From the human T2T-CHM13v2.0 reference genome, Homo sapiens, in the NCBI RefSeq assembly GCF_009914755.1, contig NC_060925.1: DNA of 64,000 nucleotides; one strand, given 5' to 3'. The position numbers and the translations under genes are program-made. The notes beneath the pieces were generated by a model that saw nothing but the letters and a program-made list of their open reading frames with translations, did no database searches and was not told the DNA's origin. This document shows, piece by piece, positions 24,523 through 40,572 of the stretch. Position 1 is the first letter of the stretch. The number at the start of each line of letters is the position of its first letter.

Positions 24523-24623
24523 AAGGGTTGCCCAATTCTATTCAATCTTAATCAGTTTGACCATGAGGTGAGATTTTTATGAACCTTTCATAACCGTTTA
24601 CAAATCTTGCTAAAGAGGAGTAG

Positions 24624-24839
<216 letters not shown>

Positions 24840-26615
24840 TAGTAGAGATGGGGTTTCTCCATGTTGGTCAGGCTGCTCTTGAACTCCCAACCTCAGGTGA
24901 TCCACCCTCCTTGACCTCCCAAAGTGCTGGGATTACAGGCGTGAGCCACCATGCCTGGCCATGTGCTTTTATTTCAGTGCTCCATTTTCAGAAAAACCCT
25001 TTTGAATTTAGTCAATATGTTCACAGTTTCCTTTTGGAAGATTAATTTTTACAGTCTTTCCACATTTGCTTAAACTTTTTGTTTTATTTTATCTAATTTA
25101 AGACAATCCTGTATCCCTAGGCAAAATGTGCATTTCCATGCCTTCTTATAATCTTTGACTAAAAAGATACTTTACTGTTCTTGCACACCTTGCATGTAAA
25201 TCTATTTTCAGTAGTCTAAATTACATGTTATAACAGTAACTCTTAGCAATTTTCAACTTCAATGTAAAACCTGGTAAAGTTGTTTTAATTATGTGCTAGG
25301 TGCAGATAAAGTCTGACTCCTTCCAGCATAGTTAGGGGAATGGTTACTTCCATATGTCCCCAGGTCTTACCAATTGTGAAGCAGGCAAGTTTAAAGGCCA
25401 AAGAAGAAGTTTACAACCTTAAAACATTCAGCAAACCTAGTATCTGACCTGCATAATTTAGACCATATATTTACATCTTGAAGACATCTACACTTTACCA
25501 ATAATTTTTAAGGCTGTTTTTATTTTTCAAAAATTAAAGTCACATGAACTGAAAGGTACCACAACCTTCATTATCCCTTTAAAAAATATTTAATCCAAGC
25601 ACTTACCCTTCAAGTCAATTAATTAGAGGTCTTTTTTAACAGACATCACACACATAACCCATATAGGACTATATAGATAGAAGAAGATCCAGCAGCTCAG
25701 GATGGAGCTATTTAGGAATAGGGCCAGAAAAGCATGTAGTTTTTGGAGCCTAATAAACATGCACAGTTGGAAGACAAAAACAGATTTTAAAAGGGATTCC
25801 AGGGATTCCATGTGGAAAACAGATTTTTTTCCTAAATGGGATTTCTGGCATCTTGTCTGTTTTCCCAAGGAGTCCCAGGCCACCAGAAGTCATCCTAGGG
25901 CCTTTCATCCATGCACCAAGAATGGCAAGACAGAGTGGGAAAAAGTAATTCAGTTGCCAGAGAAAAAAAGCCTTTTCCAGAAAAACAAGATTTATGGAGG
26001 GAAAAACATAAAGGCCTCTTGAATATACCTATAGGTTGGATACTCAGTTTCAATTAAGCCAAGTGCTCTTCATGAAAATTGTTTTTCATTAATCAAAACT
26101 TTACAGAGAATATAAACAGTGATCCTTATCATTTCTTTTACTGGTTTGTACCACTACCTGTTCACAATCATGTTCAGGTTCCCCAATTTCCTCTGGGAGA
26201 AAGTGGCTGGGTTTAGGCAAGGGCAGGTTTTCAACTGGACTGCAGATTCCTCTAGCAGCAAAGCTTGATTTTTGATGAGGCGATTTTTCTGTTAGCCAGA
26301 GACTTCCCTTAGAGGACAGCAGTCCTGCTATACTGTGTGGGGTGCAAACAGTTAAGTTATTCCCCATGTTTAACCCAGTGGTTTCTGCCACCAGCAAAGC
26401 CACTGCTGCAACTGCTTGGAGGCAGGCTGGCCATCCTTTAGCCACGAGGCGAAGTTCCTTGCTTAGGTAACCTACTGGCTGTTGAGTTGGACCTTTAGCC
26501 TTAGTTAAAACTCCCAGGGCCAGCCAGGCATGGTGGCTCACTCCTGTAATCCCAGCACTTTGGAAGGCCAAAGCGGGAGGATCACAAGGTCAGGAGATCG
26601 AGACCATCCTGGCTA

Positions 26616-26900
<285 letters not shown>

Positions 26901-27550
26901 CTAAATGCCCTCCCTATGGGAAGACTGAGGGATGGATGGTGTATTAAATAAAGCTTGCTTTAACTGGTTAAAGGCTTTTGAGTTTTAGGTTCCCAAGTTA
27001 GGGAGTGAGTTTTAGCTGCTTGAGTTTCTTTTGTGAGGTGGTATAAAGGGCAAGCTATTTCACCATACCCAGGCACTCACAGTCTGCAAAATCCAGTAAT
27101 GCCTAAGAATACCCTTAACTGTTAAAGGAAATGGGCTTAATCCTTTCCTTACCTGGTGCTCTGTTCCCTTCTGATAAGACCAGACCCAGATACTTTACTG
27201 AAGTTTGACAAAGCTGAGCTTTAGATTTTGAGACCCTATATTCCCTTTCAGCTATGAAATTGAAGAGAGCCTTAGTACCTTCCTGAGACCTCCTTGGTTG
27301 GGGCACAGAGGAGAGTGTCTTTACATACTACAAAGTTTCAACTTGAGGGTGACAAAAACTAGAATGATCTTTGGACAGGGCCTGTTTCAGCAACTTGCGT
27401 CTGCTATCAGGTGCTGCCTGAGTAATGAACCTGTTCTTTATTGAATTGAGAGACAGGGAGGTGTGTTTCACTAAAGCTTTTTTCAGCCTTTCCAAAAAGG
27501 CTGAGAGATTTTCATTTGGTTTCTGATTCAACAAGGACAGTTTACAGTAA

Positions 27551-27911
<361 letters not shown>

Positions 27912-28746
27912 TGAAATTACAGGTGTGAGCCACCACGCCCAGCCCCAATTAGGGTTTTTAAGGGGCATAGTTTCTCTTCCTGTTGGGAAAGGGGATTCTG
28001 TCTCTTTTTTACCATGTTTCCCCTTTTGACTGGGTTTTTCTTTTGACTGGTTATAGGAGACATGCTGTTCATCTCTGAATATCCCTGCTGTCTGTAGGGC
28101 TTCTTGTTTCTCTGCAACAGTTAGGGTTTGGCATAAAAGTAGCATAGCATCTCTCCATGTAAGATCAAACACTTGGATTAGATTTTAGAAAGCCTCTATA
28201 TATCTATGAAGGTCATCAGAGAACTTGCCTAGCTATCCCTTTATTTGTCTAAGGTCCTGCAATGAGAAGGGAACTTGAAACCTAGTAGCACCATGTCCAT
28301 TCAGCATTTCCTGCAAAGGCAACAGCGAAGTTGGCAGCTTTTTGGGTAGCATAGCTGGAGGGGCTGATGATATGGCTATTGGGGGCCCTGGATACAGGAG
28401 GCAGTTAGGGCACTGAGAAGTTGCATTAGAGGGTTCCTCAAGGGTTTGCCTCTCTGACTTTGGGGAATTATATTCTGTAGACTTGCCTGATATGACTGCC
28501 AAGAGGGAAGGGTTAATTTTACAACACTTACAAAGATGGGGGTTGTCTCACTGGGAAAAATAAGATCTAGTTGTTGGATAGTATTGAAATTAATGCTTCC
28601 CTGAGGAGGTTAGACCTCCTGTCTGTAAGAGGGCCTTGCCCTTGTGCAATAGAATATAAGCTGTTTTTTCTTCAGAGTCTCACAATCAAAGGAGTTCCAG
28701 TGTTTCAGAATGCACTTGAGGAGAGTGCAGACTTCAGATGGTTTGT

Positions 28747-29784
28747 TATCGGGGGAACCCACCCCCAATATTTCAACGTAGGTTCTTTCTATTTTCCATA
28801 AGTGTCAGCCAGCTGAGAAATAAAGAGAAAGAGTACAAACAGAGGAATTTTACAGCTGGGCCTCTGGGGGTGACATAACATTTCTGTAGGACAGCGATGT
28901 CCACCTGAGCGCAAAAACCAGCAGGTTTTTATTAAGGACTTCAAAAGGGGAGGGGGTGTACAAACAGGGAGTAGATCACAAAGATCACATGCTTCAAAGG
29001 GCAAAAAGGAAAAAGGAGAACAAAGATCACATGCTTCTGAGGCCAATAAAGATCACAAGGCAAAGGGCAAAATCAAAAACTCCTGATAAGGGTCTATGTT
29101 CAGCTGTGCACGTATTGTCTTGATAAACATCTTTAACTACAGAAAAAAGGGTTCGAAAGCAGAGGACCAGTCTGACCTCAAATTTATCAGGGAGTGGTTT
29201 TTTCCCCATCCTAATAAGCCTGAAGGTACTGCAGGAGACCAGGGTGTATTTCAGTCATTATCTCAACCGCGTAAGACAGACACTCCCAAAGCAGCCGTTT
29301 ATAGACCTCCCCCCAGGAATGCATTCCTTCCCCAGGATATTAATTATTAACATTCCTTGCTGGGAAAAGAATTTAGCAATATCTTCCCTACTTGCACTTC
29401 CGTTTATAGGCTCTCTGCAAGAAGAAAAATATGGCTCTATTCTGCCCGACCCTGCAGGCAGTCAGACCTTATGGTTGTCTTCCCTTGTTCCCTAAAATCG
29501 CTGTTATTCTGTTCTTTTTCAAGGTGCACTGATTTCATATTGTTCAAACACACGTTTTAAAATCAATTTGTACAGTTAACGCAATCATCACAGTGGTCCT
29601 GAGGTGACGTACATCCTCAGCTTACGAAGATAACAGGATTAAGAGATTAAAATAAAGACAGGCATAAGAAATTATGAAAGTTTTATTAGGGAAGTGATAA
29701 ATGCCCATGAAATCTTCACAATTTATGTTCCTCTGCCACCACTCCAGACAGTCCCTCTGTTGGGGTCCCTGACTTCCTGCAACA
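28747..29784 (-). mobile_element. Solo LTR, MER11-type (HERV-K HML-8)
   Basis: 1038 bp, TGTTGCAGGAAGTCAGGGACCCC...CCCCCGATA; perfect TSD gtttgt (28741-28746 / 29785-29790). Confidence 0.85.
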
Positions 29785-31189
29785 GTTTGTTACCCATCTA
29801 GAAAGAGAAGGGATATAAGGCACCCCTCACTCCCTTTCCTGCTTTTGGTGTGACCAAGGGTCGAGGGAAAGAGAGGCATGGGGTCCTCCTTCTCCTCCTT
29901 CCTCCACATCCTCTAGGTCTCGGCTATCGTCATAGATGCTACCCATGAATGCAAGCATGACCTTCATCCACACACCCAGAGGAGCTAGTCAGCATAACTA
30001 TTCATGCTCACCTGCAGAAGGCCCTAGCTTTCCACCCTGTTGGTTTCCTAGACCAACTCAGCCCAAAAGGCTCCCAAGGTACCTCAGAGTCTCCATAATG
30101 GAGAATGTGTCCCAATACTGCCTCTGGCTTCCCTTGCTATGGCCCCAGAGAAACATCAGAATCCCAGAGAATGGGACAGGTTGACTTCCAAACATAAAAT
30201 CCCTTTTTGTTTAAATCCCATCCCAGTGTTGTTGGATGCAGAACAGGTGCCTCAAAATAATGTAAGGATTGAATGCTGTCCTTCCTTTGGGGGGACAATA
30301 TTGAGGCTAATTCTGTCTTGCCAGGATGGCTTCCTCCTGGGTGCTGGAAGTGTAGTTTTCTTGTCTACAAATAGGGCATGGGGCCTGATCACTGATAATG
30401 GGACATAAGAGGGAAAATAATTGAGGAACTGTAAGTTTCGGACAAAGAGTTAACAAGGCTCCCCACAAAGAAAAATCCCATTCCACTACGTGGCACTGTA
30501 GGATTAGAAATGCTAGGTAAAAACTGACTCCAAATTCTTTCCGACAACAGTTAGAAAGAGAGGTTTGGGGTTTGCCTGGCTGTCCCCACAGTACGCCTCC
30601 CAGCAGAAGAAAATTAACTTGTTTTATAGAAAGGCAGTCTAGTTCTCCTGGACAGTGCTGGCTTCTCACATGGGTGAAGAAACAACCTAATGAAGTGGGG
30701 GATAGTTTCTTGGGGAGAAATAACCCCCATCCAGTCCCACTGAGTGCTATCATTGGGAGATAAATAGGTGTTCAGATCCAGGTCTTGGAATACCCCTATT
30801 TCAAGGAAACCACAGAGACAATTCATTGAATTACAGTCCTAATTCCTAAGGCACTGACTGACTCTATCCAGCAAGATTGTAGTCCTAGGCTGTAGAAACA
30901 CCCGCAACATTGCATACAAAGAAGGGATAGGATGGCTGGGCACAGTGGCTCACATCTGTAATCCTAGCACTTTGGGAGGCTGAGGTGGGTGGATCACCTG
31001 AAGTCAGGAGTTCTAGACCAGCCTGACCAACGTGGTGAAACCCTGTCTCTACTCAAAATACAAAAATTGACCGGGCATGGTGGCTCATGCCTATAATCCC
31101 AGCACTTTGGGGGACTGAGGTTGGCTGATCACCCGAGGTTGGGAGTTTGAGACCAGCCTGACCAACTTGGAGAAACCCTGTCTCTACTA

Positions 31190-31348
<159 letters not shown>

Positions 31349-31351
31349 TCA

Positions 31352-31642
<291 letters not shown>

Positions 31643-31992
31643 TTAGGTCAAGGGCCTTCAGGTAAACCGAGCTGTAGCCTCAGCCAGGAACCTTTAGTTG
31701 CCCTAGGACCTCCTTCCAATCCCACATGATGGCTAGGCCCTCTGTGAAAGGAAACTGAATTGGAACAGAGCCAAAATTCCCAACACCCAAGGGCAAATGG
31801 GGATTGCCAAAGTCCTCTCCAGCAAGCCTGTCTGCTAAATCTTAAGGCTGGCAGGCATGCTAACTGTTTTAAAATGGCTGACAGGAAGCCAGTGTTCTGT
31901 TTGCTTTTGAGAGACAAAACTGAGGACAAGAAGCCTCAGAAAGTAAAGAGTTAAAGGTCCACTCCTATTCACCCTTCTGATTAATCCCTATC

Positions 31993-32010
31993 TTCCCAGC
32001 CAATGCACCA
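31993..32010 (-). promoter_or_regulatory. tRNA-Gly primer binding site of the outer provirus
   Basis: TGGTGCATTGGCTGGGAA, one mismatch to the complement of the tRNA-Gly 3' end. Confidence 0.75.
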
Positions 32011-32015
32011 GAATA

Positions 32016-32839
32016 TGTTGTAGTCTCGCCAGTGCACCAAGATGTAGCAGTCTCTCGTTGTCTGAGATAATACTTGGAGTTATTCATCTCATGTTCAAGA
32101 ACATAAAGGAGCATGGTAACACGGGTGAGGTTGGAGCAAAAGTTTAATAAGTTGAAGAAGAAAGCTCTCTGCAGTGGAGAGGGGGGCTCGAATGTGTTGC
32201 CCACTATGAGGCTGGTGTCTGGGGTTTTTATGGACTACGAAGGGGAAATAATGTGCTTAGTCTGTTGGCTGTCTTAGAGAAAGCATGATTTAGCTTAGCC
32301 CAGGACCAGTCAGGAGCTGAAGTGAAGATTTATAGGAGCTACTCAGCTTGGCCCAGGACCTTTCAGGAGCTGAAGTGAAAGCTTGGCCCGGGACCTTGGC
32401 CTGGGACCAATCAGGACCTGAAGAGATGATTCATAGACGTCAGGCTTACAGTCCAAAATTGAAAGGAAAGTGCCCATCAGAACCCATCAAAGCCCACTGT
32501 GTTCGTGCCCACAAAAGGAGAAACATTTTCCTGGGAGCCCACTGATTATACAAAGGAAAGTCATTTCTATGTCTGGCCTTGTTCGCTTATCTGAGTGAGC
32601 GAGAGGTTAGTGCAAGTTTTTGTAGGTGGGCTGGAGTTTCTCCTGTCTGTGCAGTTGCGGGCATGTCTCCAGATACAACCCCCTGTGCTAGTTCCCTTAT
32701 TGGTGCCTGCAGTTTGATTTTTTTTTCCCAGACTGCTTTTTATGTTATGTGAAGATGAGGCACTTAACCTATGGGTTGGAGGCTCTCAGGGGACCCTTCC
32801 CTTGCTGTTTACCTGAGGCAAGCTAGCCAACTCCTCTCA
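32016..32839 (-). repeat. 5' LTR of the outer ERV1 provirus (no partner 3' LTR in window)
   Basis: TGAGAGGAG...CTACAACA, directly followed by the PBS; CCAAT-containing repeats. Confidence 0.75.
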
Positions 32840-33054
32840 GTGGTGGGTACTAACAATAAACATACTTATGATTGAACTCTAATTCTCTTGTGGTTCTCTC
32901 ACAGAGATCTTTTGCCAGAAAAATTAAAGCAGAGGCGTACAAAGGCTGTTTGTGTAGCCTGAAAAACAGACTTTATTTTTTAAAACATGTCCCTTGAAGG
33001 AGAAGCAGCCACATTCATAGAAACTGGCAGTAACAGGAAGCAACATTTGCCTAT

Positions 33055-33239
33055 CCTGGTCAGATAAACTTGGGCAAAAGCCAAGTCCTTCTGCTCCCTG
33101 AGGGGGTCTTGCTCAAGAATGTCCTCATCATACAGCAACAGCAGCTTGGAGGTGTCCTTGCTGGCCAGACCCCAACTTCCCCACTTGTTGCAAGCTCTAT
33201 GATTGTTTCGGCCTTTTCCAGCAGCTTTGATGCTCTCTC
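33055..33239 (-). pseudogene. GON4L-duplicate exon with dead donor
   Basis: [15 protein letters not shown]...[37 protein letters not shown]; donor reads AT instead of GT (33053-33054). Confidence 0.8.
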
Positions 33240-33780
33240 CTTGTAGCACACATGAAAAGGATTGTTTCTCTGTCCCTGCAACCCGTGCTCTTCCCATTCC
33301 ACCACATGCACCACCCCAGCCAAATCCTATTCAATATTATGGAGCAATTCAAGGAAAAAGTTATTGGGAAAATGGTATGAAAACTAAGTCCGTCAAGTCA
33401 GCTCTACGCAGAGTCTGCAGTGTAACTGCCTTAATTGGGATGACAACAAGATAATCAGCTACTTCATATTGAGAAAGGAAGTCTAAAGAGCAAGTGTGGC
33501 TTCTGTAGCACTTTTGAGATACTATGTCTTGATGAGGAACAAGCAGTGTTTTCTGAAATAAACATAGGTCTTAGCCCCACACATGACAGGTGAGCTAAGA
33601 ACCAGTACAAGAAAGTGAATGAGGCTGGGTGCAGTGGCTCATGCCTGTAATCCCAGCACTTTGGGAGGCCGAGGGGGACAGATTATCTGAGGTCAGTAGT
33701 TTGAGACCAGCCTGGCCAACATGGTGAAACCCCGTCTCTACTAAAGAAATACAAAAATTAGCCGGGCGTGGTAGCTCTCA

Positions 33781-34154
<374 letters not shown>

Positions 34155-34439
34155 TCAATTTAAAAATTTTTTGAGTAGGCCAGCAGCTGTGGTTCACACC
34201 TGTAATCCCAGCACTTTGGGAGGCCGAGATGGTTGGATCACCTGACGTCAGGAGTTCGAGACCAGCCTAGCCAACATGATGAAACCTCGTCTCTACTAAA
34301 AATACAAAAAAAAATTTAGCCGGGCGTGGTGGCGTGTGCCTGTAATCCCAGCTTCTCAGGAGGCTGACGCAGGAGAATTGCTTGAACCCTGGAGGTGGAG
34401 GTTGCATTGAGGTGAGATTGCGATGACACTGCACACTAG

Positions 34440-34541
<102 letters not shown>

Positions 34542-34970
34542 TGAGACCACGGTGAAACCCCGTCTTTACTAAAAATACAAAAAAATTAGCTGGGCGTGGT
34601 GGCGGGCGCCTGTAGTCCCAGCTACTCGGAGAGGCTGAGGCAGGAGAATGACGTGAACCCAGGAGGCGGAGCTTGCAGTGAGCCGAGATCGCACCACTGC
34701 ACTCCAGCCTGGGCGACAGAGCGAGACTCCATCTCAAAAAAAAAAAAAAAAAAAAAAGAGCAAAAACTCCATTTCAAAATATCTGCGTATCTGTTCTCCA
34801 CAAAGATACCACATTAAATGTGTTTTGGGGGAGTGGGGTTGCAGAAGAAATCCAGAAGTTTTCCTCTGGAAATCCTCCACCTGGTTTATAAGCTACCCAC
34901 CCTGCACACTGTTCTCTAGACAATGAGGTTAAGTGAGAATGGTCCTTCAGTATAGGTTTGCCTAGCTCAC

Positions 34971-35226
34971 CTGGTGGAGTTCTGCTGGTCTCCACTTCTG
35001 GAGCAGTCTCAGGTGAGGCAAAAGTAGAAGGAGGCTTCTCAGCAGAGTCTCCAACTGCTTCATCCGTCATTTCATCCTCTTTCTCCAGGCTTTCCATTCC
35101 TTCTGCTTCTTCTTCTTCCTCTTCTTCCGGCTCAGAGTTCTCCTCCTGAGAATTCTCTTCTTCAGACTCACCCTCCTGACTCATGCGCCTTTCAGATGCC
35201 AGCCAAGTCAGTTTCTCCATTGTTTC
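34971..35226 (-). pseudogene. GON4L-duplicate acidic exon, intact splice sites and frame
   Basis: ttttacag acceptor and gtgagc donor; [24 protein letters not shown]...ETSRTPP. Confidence 0.85.
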
Positions 35227-35748
35227 CTGTAAAACCCTCCAAAGAGTACTTACGGCTCCTAGTGGCTCATGAATTGCAGAACAGCACAGAGCTGTATCAG
35301 GATAATCTGAAGTTAAACAATGGGGAACCCACTACAGCTGTCAGAGCGGAATTCCCTGAGTTATGAAATCCCAGTGATAGCTGACATTGGGCCTGACAGC
35401 AGGAAAGTGGAAAAGATGCCTTTTGAAAACTTCTTCTTTACCCTGAAATTAGTTTTCCTTTGCCTTAGCCCATATTTATGTGCCTCTTCCTTTTTTTTTT
35501 TTTTTTTTTTTTTTTTTTGTCTTGCAACAGCGTCTCACTCCATCACCCAAGCTGGAGTGCAGCGGCACAATCTTGGCTCACTGCAAACTCCACCTCCTGG
35601 GTTCGAGGGATTTTCATGCCTCAGCCCCCTGAATGGCTGAAATTATAGGAGCATGCTACCACGCCGGGCTAATTTTTGTATTTTTAGTAGAGTCAGGGTT
35701 TCACCATGTTGGCCAGGCTGGTCTCAAACTCCTGACCTCGTTTTGTGA

Positions 35749-36081
<333 letters not shown>

Positions 36082-36377
36082 TGAGATTACAGGCATGAGC
36101 CACCGCACCTGGCCCTATATACTATTTTTTAAGGCATTTAAAGTATGGTCAGGTGATTCAATTTAATGTGTAAACGAGTTTAATATAATAAGTAAAATTT
36201 CATCCTTTCCATCTCATTTCACCTCAACTCCACAATCATGTCCCATAATGCATTCACAAATCAAATACAAATGATTTTAGGACTATCCATAGTGCAGCAA
36301 GCAAGCAGGTGGCATATCAATAAGTTAAACATATTACTGAGTCCACAAAATACTTGAGAGTATTCTCTAGCTCTCAC

Positions 36378-36832
36378 CTGGAGTTCTGGGACAGAAAGCA
36401 CAGATTCCTCAGAAGCTGATGACATTTCATCTTCCTCATTTTGGGTGAGGTCATCAAAGTCATCTTCTTCCTCTTTTTCTGGCCTATCTTTCTCTCCTCC
36501 AGTTTCTGGTCCAACTGGGGTCCCCACTGACTGACCATCAACACTGGATGAGTCTTTGGGCTTCCCTGGGGGCTACTAAGCCTCACTTCAGGATTCATGG
36601 AGGATGAAGCATTATTTGGTGATCCTTTGCCCTCATCTCCCCCCAAGTTTCCTTCATTGGGGGTTCTTGAGAAGATGAAGGGGTTTTAGTTGGCTGAATC
36701 CTCTCTTCTTCCTTCTGTAAGATTGTCTGTTTCTTTACCTCTCTAGCACTGCTCAACTCCTCACTTGGGGAGCCAGTGTCTAATTCCACAGTGTGTTCTT
36801 CCTTGATGTCATCACAAATACCGTGCTCAGGG
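36378..36832 (-). pseudogene. Orphaned 3' part of the large GON4L exon cut off by the MER51-type provirus; frameshifted
   Basis: PEHGICDDIKEEHTVELDTG... continues YY1AP1 EEISG; spread over three frames (ORFs 36595, 36374, 36261); gtgaga donor. Confidence 0.85.
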
Positions 36833-37208
36833 TGTTACCAGTGGACGGTCTTGACTACAAGTTGTCCAGGTTCTTGGCGTATTGAACAGAGAATGGAACA
36901 AAATGCACAAGCAAAGCAACAAATGAATGAAGCAACGAAAGCACAGATTTATTGAAGTGAAAGTACATTCCACAGAGCAGAAGCAGGCTTGGGCAAGAGG
37001 CTCAAGCACCCCAGTTGCAAAATCTTCTTGGGTTTGAGTACCCTTTAGAGGTTTCCTATTGGTTACACCCTTTGTAAATGAAGACGTAGCCCATGACCAA
37101 TTGGAGGCTGAAGTGAAATTACACCCTATGCAAATGAAGATTTCGCCTGCGACCAATCAGAGGCTAAAGTGAAGGCTCCCTGTCTCCAGATCCTATTCTC
37201 CTGCCTCA
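36833..37208 (-). repeat. 3' LTR of the MER51-type provirus (376 bp)
   Basis: TGAGGCAGGAGAATAGG...CTGGTAACA after PPT AAGGGGGAA; two CCAAT-containing repeat units. Confidence 0.85.
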
Positions 37209-37744
37209 TTCCCCCTTGAGAGACTTAATATCAAATATTTACAGGAGGTAGAGGGACTGACAGTCTTTCTTCTGTAACTGCTTCATGCTGTTTGGGGCAC
37301 TGTCCCTATCTACTTGGGGACCATGGAACTCTCACCCTGCTCTGTCTAGTGGAGACAGGATGACTTCTTGTTGGCCGGGGCTGGCATCATTCCCTGGATA
37401 GAAGCCCTGCTGCATGATCATTTGAAGCTTAATGGCCTCTAGGTGAGAAAAAATACATTTGGTTAAAAGATTTAACAAACATGGTCCAACATGGTCAATG
37501 CGAGCATAATTGTTAATAATGTGCCAGCTAAGGGAAGTAGACATGAAGCCCAACTTAGTGCCCTTGACCAGAAGCCCCATGACTCGGACAGCTGTTGTTA
37601 TATTTTAGAGGCCCCATCAGCTAATTTTCAGGCGGCATCTCTTGCTAATCCTGATTGGTTGACATAAAAACAGCATTCTTCGGTGGGGCGCGGTGGCTCA
37701 CGCCTGTAATCCCAGCACTTTGGGAGGCTGAGGCGGGCGGATCA

Positions 37745-38284
<540 letters not shown>

Positions 38285-39894
38285 TCATTTGTGCCTGGCG
38301 GGTGCAGTTAAAGGTATGAGAGACTGGTTATTGAGAGCTATACAGATTTCAGGGGCTAAATAAAGAAGTGTAGAGGTTTCAGTCCATTTGATTGGTAAAC
38401 ATAACTAGGAACTAGTTCCACACAGGAAAAAGACTCCGTGTTTTTCAAGATAAAAATCATTCTCTATGGTGAACATATGGGTTAGCTTTTTGTTTTTCTT
38501 TCCCCAGTGGTTAAGGTCCCTGCTAAGGTGGCTCCAGTTAAAGGCTGGAAAGGACCTTGGGAAGTATCCTCAGTTGTCCTAGCAGTTAAGTTTTCCTGGT
38601 GAAGGTAGTTATGCTTAGTGTCCACCAGCAACCACCCAGAGGTATTTTCATACTGGAGAACCAAAAGGCAACTAGCTGTCTTAGGATTACTACAGTCTTC
38701 CCAAGTGAAAATGTGAACACAGCTAGTGGTCCTACCTTGACAGTACTTAGACTGTGTGTCCTTTAAAGTGCCCTTAATTAGGAATAGTTTCATGCAAACC
38801 ATACAGGTTTTCTAAATGATGCAGCCTAGGTAACTGCATAGCTTACATATCATGTGAGAGGTTAATCCCTAGGGTGTAGTTACTCTGATGACTCAAGGTT
38901 CCCAGGGTTTGACTAGAATTTTTTAATACAAAGTGGCACCTGGGATTTTAGTTCTTTGTGCGTTCTTGGGCCCCAAATAGGTTTTTGAGGAGATGCAACC
39001 CCAGAAATGTTACTTTGGTAGGACTGGAGAAGGTTTACTGCTCATCCTGACATTGTAACTTTTGTTGTTTATGTAATTTTGAAGTCATAGAAGTCATGCA
39101 GATCCATTAATTTGAAGGGAGTCCCTCCCTTGTAGTTGAGGTGGTAGGACATTTTTTCAAGGGCCCAAGATAAGCCTGGGTTGCGATGGCAGTGTGTTTT
39201 GGTGATGTTGGAGATGAACAAAGCCAACAGTCCTTTGCCAGAGCTGGACTGGTGGTATTTAACAGTCTTTGGGTTAAATTTTAAAGTCTTAATAAATACC
39301 CAGAATCCATTAATTGCCAGAGAAGTAAAATAAAACCCTGCTGTAAAATTAAGCTGATTCCCAGTATGCCTGGTCCCAGTATACACAGGCCAGGGCTAAC
39401 CATTATGGGACTAAAAATACTTATCTGTTATTTTGTTCTTTTGAATGGGAACTTCAGGGGGTGTATACCTATCCTCTCAGGAATAATGTTACAAAAATGA
39501 AGTAAAACATTTTGCTTAATTATTACAAAGGAAATGATTCCATCCATTTGGAAGAAGGCAATAAATTATAAAAATATAAAAACTGCTACTATTATCAAAC
39601 CTACAGTAACTATGCAGCATAGACACCAAGGAGAGTTGGTAGGCATTCACTTATCTTTTGACTGTCTTTAAAACAGGTACTTCAGGTCTTCCACAGGTTC
39701 ACAGGTATAGTGGCTGACGGAAGCTTCAAGTTACAGGTCTGGGGCTTCAGGTATTGCAGGCTTGACCCTAGAAAGACGTATCCAACTTCTAATCCTGGTA
39801 CTTTGACTACAGAAGGCGTGGCCAACACCACTGAAAAAGTCCCTTCCATTTGGGTTGGAGTTGTTGAGCAGGTGACCCCTCTTTCTGTGTTTTA

Positions 39895-40185
<291 letters not shown>

Positions 40186-40188
40186 CTA

Positions 40189-40572
<384 letters not shown>

